64,000 nucleotides of DNA from Yuukianura sp. NJ FZ-2021 (lineage: Eukaryota): NCBI GenBank assembly GCA_046563655.1, contig CM102286.1, positions 5,332,001 through 5,396,000 on the forward strand, read 5' to 3'. A program made the position numbers and the translations under genes. Under the pieces are notes generated by a model. That model saw only the letters and a program-made list of their open reading frames with translations, was not told the origin of the DNA and did no database searches. Shown in pieces: positions 1 to 12,000 of this stretch; positions within the stretch are counted from its first letter, which is position 1; each line of letters starts with the position of its first letter.

Positions 1-1444
1 ATGGACTTGCACGATGAATGGTCTCAATCTCTGCACGATCAGATTGAAAGTCAACCAAGATTGTTTAAAACGTCAGTCTTTTTCTTAAAAGTTCAGATCT
101 TTTTTCGACTTTTATTTTCTTTCTCTACTCCGCCTGAAATGTTCAGTGTGAACAAAAGCGTTGGAAAAGTTTTCAATTCTTTTTGTGAGTTGTCTGGAAG
201 TGCTGTAAACAGCATTTAGACAGTAAGTACCGCACAGAAGTTTTTAAAAAATTGGTTACCTTAGCTATTTCTTGGCAGGTCAACTTTGTTGCTAAGCTGG
301 AGAAGAAAGGAGCGTAGGAAAGAAAGTTTTGGTTGCTTTTAGTGGAAGTGGAAGGGGTCTGGGCAGGAAGGAAGCCGTGGAATATAGAATATAGAAATGT
401 AAAATGCCTTCCTTCCTCCAGATCCCATTCTTCCTCCGAAGTCCCTTCCTTATGGCTTAGTTTTTAGAAATAAGTTTTCCTAGTCCTCCTATAAATCTTC
501 ATCTCACGGAATTTGTGCCAGGGGGAAAAGAATAAGGAAGGGTTTGCCAGTGGAAGTGAAAGTAAAAGGAGGAAGATGAAATCAAAATAAAAGATTACTT
601 TCCCTGTGCTTTCACCTTCCTCTCTCTTTATTCCTTCACTCAGCCGCATCCAAAGAGAACTCAGTTTAATCCTGTCCAATTGGATTCTCATGGACTAGAA
701 AGCAACTGCATCTAATCACTCTTCCCTTCCCCACTTCAATACTCAACCACAAATGGATTTAAGGCCATTTCTCCACTCACGAACACAATTTCTTACTTCA
801 GAATCCTTCAATGGCTCAAAATATGCATACTGTAACTTTCTCAAAAATAGAATTCGAATCCTAGTATAATCGAAAACAAATGCTTGTAGTTAATCCTTAT
901 CAAAACAGAATTTAGATAACAATTCACACGATACCTAATGTGTCACTAACGTTATTTGGGAAAAGTCAGGGAGACACTAACTTTAGCTAAGGTAGAAAAG
1001 CGACTCAGCGTTGAATTAGCGCGTAACGAGAGCACAAACTTATGTTAGGAGAAAGCATTTTTCGTTGACCTTTGGAAGGTTTTCAAATTTTTGTAAGCTA
1101 CTGCATTTTGAAAATTTTACACAGTTGTCAGCAGGCTTCCATCTAACTACCCCGAAAATTTCATCGTGCAGTAATATAAAATACACCTTTTTTTGAGTGG
1201 GCCCAGGACACCCCAGTAATCAAAACCATTCTTTTATACAATTTTTATATAGTATTCATGAAATTCATATGTAAAGGCTCATATTTGATTTTTGTCTGAA
1301 ACTTATTTTTTTTTATTATGAAAACTGTTTCTTTGTTGCAAACGCAGTCACAAAAAAGATTCTTAATCGTGGCTAAACTTCCCCTCTAAATTATGTCCTT
1401 CCTTTGGCTGGATCCAAGATAACAAAAATTCGGCTTTTGTACAA

Positions 1445-1505
1445 CTTTCGACCTGTCGTGTCATAATGATCAATGAGCTCGTCTACCACTGAGCTACGAC
1501 CAGTG
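1445..1505 (-). pseudogene. tRNA-derived remnant (tRNA pseudogene or SINE head)
   Basis: Minus strand reads GGTCGTAGCTCAGTGGTAGA (tRNA A-box/D-arm pattern, 1501-1482), then a degenerate B-box-like GGTCGAAA (1453-1446). I cannot fold a full cloverleaf. Confidence 0.35.
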
Positions 1506-4500
1506 GTGGTGCTATTTTGTGTCATACGAAGCTATACATCATTACTCCCCTCCAAGACCACGCCGATGACCACCCGCTTTCACAATTTTACGTAAAGAAA
1601 AAGAGAAAGAAAAGCTGACATTTTGTTGTTTTTATGTTGTGCTTTTATTTTCTCTTTGTATCATAACGTTCTATGTACAGTTATGTGAAGGTAGGTGGTG
1701 TTATGTACATAGGAGCTGAGTTAATGTCATGTTTAAATATTTCAGCACCGAACAATTGAAGAAGGCAAAATCATTACTTTGGGTTTTTAGAGTTCGGATG
1801 TGAAATAAAAGTAGTTGAGAAGGGCATTTCTTCGTGTACTTTTCTGGAATTATTCCATAATATTTCTAGAACATAAAAAAGGCTTTGTTGAACTTTGGTT
1901 GTAGAATATAAAGTGAGTAAGTCTCAGATTTGTTGGATGGAAGGGTATGTGTTTTCGTAGTCAAAAAATGAAAGACCTAAGCTTCTTTATTTTGGACAGC
2001 GAGAAACGGAAGGAGCGGATGAAAGCGTGCCTACGTGTGAGACAGACTCCTCGCATCTTCTGCTGCTGTGTGTATTTTATTGAATAGGAAGGAGCAGCAA
2101 TTCCTGAAGGATTGGCGGAAGGAAAGATCTCTGAATCTTTGTTCCTGATGCATGACTGACAATCATAAAAAGTGCACAGGAATAAAAATGGCAGTTACTA
2201 TCTTCGTGGGAGTGGGTGTATGTGCTAAGGTTTTCTTTCGAGAAAGGCACGTACCACTTTCCCCGGCTCTCTTTCCATGTTTGGTTTCCAGTTTACGACG
2301 ATGGGCTCCACATCACTAAAAACACTTTTAAACATTGTCACTTGTGTCGTCTCTGTAAACACCACTCAAGAGCTCTGTTTCTCCTAGGCTAAATGTTTTA
2401 ACTGTTCAGCCATTATTTCACTGCAAGATACAACTATTTCTCACAATTAAGGCGGCGTTACGAGCATAAAATGAACATTTTTGAAATTGAGAAGCCTAAA
2501 AAACCAGAGGAAGTTTTCAGATTTTTAAAACCTGGCTTGAAAATTAATTCCAGAAGGAATTAGGTTAAGTACGGCCTAAAAGGTGGGATAAAACAAACAT
2601 AGGGTAGTGTTGTAGTAAAACTAGGGTAAAAGTAATGTAAACTATGGCAAAACTAGTGTAAAAGGTTCTAGAAAGTAGAATTTAGAAGATTGTTGCTTTT
2701 GAAATACTTGGCTGCTTTCCTCTTTGTTTAATTAGGCTCAGGTGGTGAAGGTGCCAAAATTCATATGAGTTAGTAGAATAGAGGAGGGAGAAAGCTTGGT
2801 TTTGTTACGTTAGGCTTCGTTGCTGCGTAACTTTGGTGAGTAGACACATTTAGTGCCCACTTATCCTTAGGTTCTCCAGTTACCATTTTATTGAGATTAG
2901 GTTGCTTGTTGTAGGTTAGGTTGGCCGCAGGGAGGGTTGCCAGGCAGACCTCCGGTTATTTTGGATGCTATAAACACGAAGCCAAAAGTGGTGGACTAAA
3001 ATGGGCGAAATGGAAAGTAAGGAGGATAACTACGGAAATGAAACGTGCCAGTGTAAAGGTTATTATTCACTTTTACTTCTGCTTTTCACTTCAAACTTCG
3101 AGGAGGGAAGGAGTGGCAGCGTCTTGTGCCGTAGCTTAACATCTTTTCCTATGTTCTGTACTTTTACCATTACACACACTCAAAAACCGGTAGATTTGGT
3201 AGCTCCAAAACGACGTCGTTTTCATGTATGAATAGGACTATGGAGTATTCATAAATGGCTTGTCTGGATATGTTGTTCTGCTCCAAGTCAAGAAAAGTTT
3301 CAATTTTATCTTCTCGGGTATCAAAGGAGTCAGAAAGTACCAAGACAGGCCATGCTAACTGCGGTCCTGTCGCTGCGTATTTTGCTGCTGGTGGTCCAAG
3401 ATCTAAAAGTTTAAAAGCCTTCAAAGATTAAGCCACTACTTGTGTAACAAGGCTTAATTGCACTGGTAACAGCCATCTTCCTCTTAGTTACTTGCCTCAA
3501 CGCCCGCAGAGATTTCACAGAGATTTCGCAAAACTTTCGGCGACTAATTGATGATAACTTCCTTTTTAATTACAAATTCAAATACAAAGTTGGTTACTTA
3601 CTTTTCCTTAAACTTTCCAAAAATTCGCAAATTCTATTACAATTTAAGAATTTAGCAAAAACTACCTTTGATTTTACACTTTTTGTCTCCTCCTTCTTGA
3701 AATTTAGCATCGTGCGTAAGAGTGGCTCTTTTTGTTCCAAAAACTTTTCTCCTATTCTTCTTTTGCTCGACTGCTACTTGAAAAGAAACTAAAAACTTGG
3801 AATTCCTGAAAGAAAAACAGTTTGAAAAACCTGGTAGGAATTAAGAGTTCTTTATGAATACTTAAGTTCAAGTATTATTTAATTTTAAGGACTCATTTCC
3901 CTCTGTTTCCATAAATCAGGGTCCAATTGTACGAAGCAGTAGGGGCCAAACTAGAAGCAAAAAGCAGCTAATAAATTAGTGGCCAGCGGCAGAGGTTGAA
4001 CTTTACTAATTTAATAAGGCAGAGAAACTAAAAGTCGTAAAAAAAGGGAACTTTCTCCATTCTTCCTCAAGAAGAAACAAAAGACCAAAAGAAATCAATA
4101 GCTTTTCCTTTTTCCTGTTCGCACTTTTTCTTCCTGCAAAAGTCAAATTAGTGGAAATTAGAACACAATAGAATAAGGCTATAATGGGTTGGGCTCCAAA
4201 ATGACTACAGCAAAAGGTTAGAGCCAATTTATATCTCTGGGGTCAACTCCCTTCACTACTTTCTCCAAAAGCCAATAAACCCGGCTCTTGTATCGACATT
4301 TAAGTTCCATCCGCAACAACAGTTCTAATCACTTTTCTTTTTTATTGGTTTCCACTAACTGGTTTACGAAGTTCCACAATTGGCAAGTACTAAAATACTT
4401 CGTAAACAACCAAAGTTGCTAATTTTGAAAAAACGAGTAAAAACGAATTGGGATGGAGCTATTAAATGACGGAGTTTAAAGGGCCACATAAGTTATGGAA

Positions 4501-5969
4501 GCCTTTTGTATTCTGTCTACTGCTGTTCCTGTAACATATACATAAGTAAAAATACTAGGATTTCTATAATTGCTTCCTTTTTCTTTTTATCTTATTTTTT
4601 GACCCGCTGCTGACTGGTTCTAAAGCCTCCATCGTTGGAAACGGAAAAGCAGAAAGAGAAGCTTAGTGGTGAAAGTCTTGTGCAAACGTAAATCTTTGGA
4701 GTCGTTTTCAAAAAGGCGCCTTTTATGATTCCTGTTTTCTTCAGACAGAAAGTATAGTAAGAAAGTAGCAGTAGTTTTCTTGGTTAGTTTTAACAAGAAC
4801 ATGTACCGTTCTTGGAAACTGCTTTTTACCACTACTACCACAAACCTCTACCAACCATACCACCCAGGAAATATGGGATTATGAACAAGGAAATGATAGG
4901 ATTTAGTTCTCTGATGAGCTTATGTTCCTGAGCCTCTTGCTTCCTTCCCCTTTTTTCTTTCATATTCCAAACAAATAGGGTTTTTCCTTTCAAAATGGAG
5001 CGCTGAAAGAATTAAAAAAAAACGGGTAGGAGAGGAGCAGGAAATAACTTTTGTATTTTAAAATTACAAACAATTTCAGGCGCCTCCGCCTGACTATCGA
5101 CTGTTTTTTTTTTTTTCAGAAAAAGCTTCAAAACATTTCTCACCATTTTTCAGCTTCGAGAATTTGCAAAAGAAAGTATAAAAAAAATATTTTTGTAAAA
5201 ATAATGCTCGAAAAAGCTGGAGTTGACAACTAGGATGTTCGAATTGCAATTTCCTTATTTCTTTGTTTTGTTTTTGTGTAAGAGAGAAGTGAGCAGGAGA
5301 ACTTTAGTGTCTTCGAGCACATTAAGTAGAAGTTGGTTTTAAGAAGAGAAGAAAGCTTTCAAAAACTTACAACAAGGAGACTTTGTTCTAAAATAAATTT
5401 AAGAATGACGTAACACAATTCCCTTTGCTAAAGCTTTCGCAATTCCTTGCGGAAAGAAACTAAATTCCTACAAGAGTTTCGATTTATTTTATGATGTTGA
5501 AAGTCGGTTAACTTCAGCCACTTCTTTCTCCTATCTAACTTTCTCCAATCCCCACACTGTGTGTCTTCCACTAGTTTACGACAAAAGGCATTCCTTAGAT
5601 CTCTCCATATTTAGCCTAACCTATAGTTTTCAGCACGAACTTGGTTGGTGAAAGCATTTAAAAGAGGATTTACATACACACAGGCCCCGTTTGAGCACCA
5701 GCCGCAACATGATACGGGTTAAAACGAGTCTGAAACTTTGTGTGCGGTTCATTTAAAATCGGCCAATGCTTCTCAGCTCCGTTTTTGAAAGGATGAAGGC
5801 CGCGCGTCTTGGTTTTTCAATTTGGAGAGCTGCATGATTGAGCTGATTTTTAATTAAATGAATTCCTTCACCAACAAATTTTAGAATTACGGCTAGGCGT
5901 GCGGTTCAATCTGACATTGCGGTTGAAAAATCCTTTTACACATTTTTCTTTTTCGTTTTCTGGTTGCAG

Positions 5970-6093
5970 GCGTGACAGACGATGTTCAAGCAGTTCTTGG
6001 AAATGCTGCGGAGCTTCCATGTGATCTGAGTGTCATGGCGGGAGACAAGGTCCGACTCGTTCTCTGGTCCAGAAATAACACCGTGATTTACAG
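5970..6093 (+). CDS. Side paralog A exon, Ig1 first half
   Basis: ttgcag|GC GTG ACA...; VTDDVQAVLGNAAELPCDLSVMAGDKVRLVLWSRNNTVIY; AG|gttcgt (phase 2). Confidence 0.88.
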
Positions 6094-9000
6094 GTTCGTA
6101 CTAACTTCTTGTCCAGAACTTTTATTTGAAAATTCCTTTGGCCTCGAGTTCATGTCTTTCACACGTCCACCCCAAAGTTTGAACTTTTGTGACACAGTTT
6201 TGTAACTTTGGAAATTGAAGAATGTAAACCTAGTTTCTTCCATTTTACCAAGCAAGACCAAGACTTAGGACTGGTCACAATTCGTTCTTGTCCATGTTCA
6301 ACTTCTTTTCCTGTTCACTGTACATTGTCGAACAACGAATATTTCACAGTATCTGCCGTATTTTTTTCTTTTTCGTTTTTTTTTTGTTGGTGAACCAAAA
6401 GATATTGTGGCGGTGAACTTTGAAAGAGACATCAACAACATAAAACCCTCCAAAAGTAGTAACATACTTTTGTGACGCAACTTTTGTCCGACAGGAGCCT
6501 TTACCCCGGAAATGAAAAGTTTCAAGGCCCAACTTTTCCCGTAAAATTGTCAGAGAACCAATTTTTCAGAAGCATTTATGTCGCTGGAAGGTCTTCCGTA
6601 ATACCTCAACTGCCGCCTGCCTCAACCTTACCACAAACCTTCAACTTTTGAGTTGTGCTCAAAGCTCAAAGAAAGTAAAAAAAAATACACCCGCCAACTT
6701 TTGAAACTGAATTTGAGAGACAAGACAGTTTGAAAATAGAAAGACGCCTTTTGCATCTTGGTTCATCGCTTCCGAGAAGCCCTTCCTGTTTGATCGATAC
6801 AAATTCAATTATGTTTAGGTATAAAAGCCTTTAGAATATAAATTACTACATCGTCACAAGTACTGTTAGTTGTGGATTGAACGGTGGCTTTCGTAATGAA
6901 CGAAGAGTTGTAATTTCTGATGAAGACGACAGCCTCTGTTAGACTTTAAGACTACTAAATGTGGGCGGGAGGAGTCTTACGATTTAATTTTGAGCAACCC
7001 ATCAGCCTTTCTACGTCAATTCCTTCTAATTTCATTTTCTTTCCCAAATAGGATTGAGGCGCTAGGAAATACAAAAATGAAAAAAAAAGAAAAAACGAAT
7101 GAGTCTCTTCTGGAGTGTCGGGGAAAGTGGGGCGGGAGGTTTCGTGGATGGGCGGGCGGGGTGATGTGGCTGGCGATGACATAAAACTTACATAAGAATA
7201 CCATTTGCGTCTTATTTATTCTTGTACACTTGTAAAACCCTTACACACGACCCTCCTGAATACAAATGCAAAGGAATTGGGAAGAAGGAACACGTAGGAA
7301 TAAGTCAGGCGTATTAATCTGTGTCCTAAGCTAAAGCATAAATACATATATTTCACACACTTTTTTCTTTATCGTGGGATCGTGCTCTAGAAGAGGTCAC
7401 GGGTCAACGTCACATCACTTCCAGGAACGCCTTGCCCTTTGAGGTCAATGTCATCCAGAGCCATTCATACATTGTGCTTGAAAGCCACACGCACACGCAC
7501 GCAGGGGTTAACACTGGAAAGTCACCTTATTCAAAAGTGTCAAGTCAATTCAAGATTATTTACTCAACGTCACACTTCATCAACAGACTCATAATCGCTC
7601 TGCCTATTTATAACTGACTTAACAAAATCAAAACTGTGTAGTCATAATTGTCAAAAAAATATCCACTTTTGTGAATCACGGATTTGATTTTTTTTTTGTT
7701 TTTGTTAAAAACAAAAGCCAATTCTGAATAGTTAATAAACTATAAATTAGAACTTCAATAGTGGATTGCACTGATGACTGATGAGATATTAAATTAAACA
7801 TATTTAGTTTAAGTTACTGGGTGAAAACAGCCTACGCTTATGTGTATTTCAGTAAAAAAACTACGTACAAATAATACTTATAGGATAAAACATACCAATA
7901 AGCGCTTTGAGCAGGAAGCCACGGTCAAGTTTAATGTGCAAAATTTATGCTTTCACTTGTTCAGTTTTCACATGTGGTTTGAAATGTAGCAATTTGGCAC
8001 TCTTACAGAAAAATTCAAAGTTTTTTCCCGGTTTGTCGAACTGTTGAAAACTTTGAATCCCTTAATATTTGGCTTGGGAATAGCGGAAAAAATCCAAAAG
8101 TGTGACTTGCTAACGGGAATGGATTAGTTCGAAAGTTCTGAAGGACTTATTCCCTTTGCACACAATGGAACAAGAAAGAGAAGGCTGATCGTGAATAATG
8201 AATCATTTTATTTCATATTCATAGTTTTTGAACCTGTGCCGGGAAACTGTAAACTTTTACTATACATAGGGAAATGCTCCTCACGAATGAGTCGCTGAAT
8301 GTGATCCGCATAATGTTCACAAACTTTTAATATTTGAACTCAAATGGGGCCAGCGGACTTTTTGTTGGATGGGATACAACGACCTCTAAAAGAACAACTT
8401 TCACCCACAAAGTTAAAAAAAAAGTTTCAAAAAGTAAACTCCTGTCCGAGCTTAACTTTTTCCACCAACCACCAAAAACGTCTCCGTTTATTCAAATTTA
8501 CGTTAATTTCCTCCTCACACTAAATTCAACTAAAACTGAAAACTCAATAAAAACACTTTTCTAAAAAAAAAACATAGTGGAACTAACTAAAGTTAAGAGT
8601 TGTAGGCTTTGAAAATTTGGCATGTACAAGGCGTGAGCAGAAGCACGCGTGCGTAGGTAAATCTCAGAATTGTTTGCAGCTTGTTACGCTTTGCAGCTCA
8701 CAATCCGCGCTAAATTTCATTTTCAATCTCGCCAACTGTCGAGATGACATGAGTACCTCTAGTCGACACGGGAAATTTAGTGTTGAACATGGAAAAGACG
8801 AGATTGGAAAATGAAGCATGGCGTTAAATTGAGCGTTGTTACGCCCGTATCACCAAAACATCTGCATTCCTGTTTTTGCAATTTTTGAAATCTTGAAGGG
8901 TTTGGCGCTTAACAGTTTATTTGGAGGTGACTGACTCGGCATTTTTTGTATTTCAGTTTGGATTCCCGTGAAAAACATGTAGATGAAGCACAGCATTGGT

Positions 9001-12000
9001 CCAACGAACAAGTTTTAGGAGGAAGAGCCTACTTTCGCATAAATGCAAATCCACCAAGCCTCATCATTGAAAATATTAAAGAATCTGATGCAGGATTGTA
9101 CAAATGTCGGCTGGATTTCAAGCGATCTCCCACTGTGCATCGGAATATCAACCTCACAATTATCAGTAAGTCACATCATCCTCATTTTAAACAAGTTCTA
9201 CCTTGATCTTAGCCGAGTGATACCGTTAAACTAATCGTAAGGTTAGTCTACTAAACCGTATTTACCGTAAGTCAACTTGTTATGACCCTGTGGCTTATGG
9301 AAGCCATCAGACTAAAAGCCTCTCAAGGCCAAAGGTTGAATCAAACCAGTAGAGTTTACCAGTCCACTGACTTTGAAAAACTGGCCGCTGCATTTAGCTT
9401 CTGACTCATTGAATTTGTGAAAAAGAACTGGGATGACTGGAATGGGCAGAAGTGGATTTGGCTCTAAACGTTTGACCATTTTTGAAACTGAAATACTCGG
9501 AAGCTGAAGTTAAATGATGAATGAGGGATTAGGAAACGGCTCTCCGTCGTGAACTGTAAGAGAGACTCCTTAAGTCGCAGTCGCAGTTGCGGGATATTGA
9601 AAGCTAGAAGTGGCATTAGGAGAAACATATCATATGTCAGCTACTTTTTGGCACAGTGGTCCGTGAAAGAAGGAAATGGGGCAGCTCAAACGCAGAGCAG
9701 TAATTTGTCACAACAATGGAACGCTTCCAGTCCTTGGCCCTGCGTTTCCAATTCTGTCAGTTCTAAAAACTACTGCCAAGCTAACCGAAGTTACCTTAAA
9801 GTCTAACAACCACTTCTGTGTCTAACCTAACTCCTACGTCCGCTTTCTGGAAGAAACTGAAGGGCCAGTGAAAGCCAAATCTCTAAAGACTCTCAACCTA
9901 ACCGAAGAAAGACTTAAGATTCTGAGGAACACTCTCATTTAAAAGTACGCTCGACGGAGAAAAAAAGAAGAAATGCGCTAAGAGAAAGAAAAAAGTGAAA
10001 GCAATTCTTCTTGAAAATCTCTTAAAAAGTTCCTTCCAGAACCTTGGACTCGAAATGCAGAAGATTTATGTAGGAGGCGTCAAAGTGAAGTGGTCATTTT
10101 ATGAATACTTTCTTTACGCTTTCTCTCTTTTTTTCATTTTTTAGAAAGTGTGGTCCTGGGTTTTAAAATTTTAGGATTTGAAATCTGAATCTATTACGCA
10201 ACTCATGCCCTATTGACACTTTATCACACTTTGTGTCAAAAAGCTTCAAGTGTCCATCAATATTCTACATTGTTATCATATACGAGATAGTATGTATATA
10301 GAAGACACAGGCGTTATAAAGGCCATTTCCCACGTCTCAAAAGAGTAATTTGATCTTTGAAGCATATTTTTCTCGAGTACTTTTCTCCTTGTTCAGCTCT
10401 GCTAAACTTGGAAGTAAAAAGTCTACCTCTGCTCTTTATTCTTTGTAATGTCTGCGTGCTCTTCAAGTGGGAAGATGAATGGAAAGGGTTGGGCCAAAAG
10501 CAGCTCAAACCAAATAAATTTCTATTCCACTTTCAGTGAAGTGCTTAGCGAAGCATATTCTTCCAAGTTTTTTTTCTTCAAAAAATTTCCTACGTAAACT
10601 TGGAACTGACAAACATTCAATTCAATAGATTCATCCTTTTTGGTCAGTTGGAATGAAAATATAAGAAATGGTTTACTTTAGATTTCAGAGGCAGAGAAAG
10701 TTCTCACAAAAAGTAGGAAAATTTATTAAAGGGTTTAAATCATCTTGTGATTGAAAAGAAGATTTTTTGAGTTGAATTTTGCGTTTTGAGACAATTTTAT
10801 CAGGAAATTTGGACTCTCCAAAAAAAAAAGGAAGAGAAGGAAAAGCTGCTAAATTGGTTAGAAAAACTTGCAAGTTTTTTCATACTTTCAATATGACACG
10901 CCTATAGCAAAAAAGGCCAACGCAACACCACCAGAACAATTCTTTGACACTTTCACCTCCATGGTGATTTCAAAGGAAGTTTTTTGTTGGTGACTTCAAA
11001 TTTTTTCAAACAAGATTTTGAATGGTGATTTCATTACGACGGCAAAAGATCTCTGGCCTCTCTAGACAGAAAAACTTTCTTCGAAAACTTTTTTTTTCTG
11101 GCAAAGTAAACTTTGTTTAAAAAGAAATTTGGTGGAAGAGGCCTACGTGCCCAGTTGGCATTTCACTTTTCCCTTCACACCATGTTTTTTTTCTTCCTCT
11201 GACAAACAAACTTCCTTTGTCAGCGTCGTCGTCACCAAAATTTTGTGCAAATTCGCTTCCCTCTTGTAACCGATTAAAATTCCATTTAGTTCTGTTCACA
11301 CTTAAGTTTTCTTAGTTTTCCCTTTTGCTAAAAGTTGAAATTAAAAAATCCAACAACTCTACTGTCTGTCTGTTTAGATTAACTCCGAAAAATTCAAAAG
11401 TTTTAATAATTCAACGTCTTACTTTTGTTAGAAAATGAAATGAAGGATGGATTGCTTAAGGCGTAAGAGCGTTGATTAACACTGGAATAGAGAATGCCTA
11501 TTTATGGTAAACCGAACATGATAATTTATGCAGCGTCAAATTATGTTCTATTCTTCCTTTTCAAAGTTTGAATCAAGTAGAATCTAACCAATCTAATTTC
11601 TACGAAGCATTTGATACACTGTTATGCGCTTGGAAAGCAACAAACTATGCTTTACAACTTTACAATACTTTACAATATGTTATAATACAATGCGCATGCG
11701 CATGACGTTGGAAAGATGGTGACAGGTTGTCATTACTACGATTGAGACATGGATAAGGATTCCTATTCACCTTAATAATTACAGTTCTTTTTAAACTTTT
11801 GTAAACTACGGTGAACGATGAAGTTTTTTTCAATGGTATTTTTCAAACGAAATTCTAAATTCATACTGTTGCATGCCATTGTAATGCCGTGTAGCATTTA
11901 ATATATCTTATTGTTATGTTGTGACTTCATTTCAGAAACTACTTTGTAAGGCTGCCTTTTCTAAAACTTTTGAAAACAGCATCGAAAAGGACAGATTGTC

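Noticed and set aside
2595..2665. Imperfect ~11-bp tandem repeat (AAACTAGGGTA-like)
   Set aside because: Short degenerate minisatellite with no unique spacers; not CRISPR-like and not informative.
3352..3413. MLTAVLSLRILLLVVQDLKV* as the missing signal-peptide exon of paralog A
   Set aside because: No phase-1 GT donor to join exon 5970 and the frame closes; the leader exon is probably upstream of the window.
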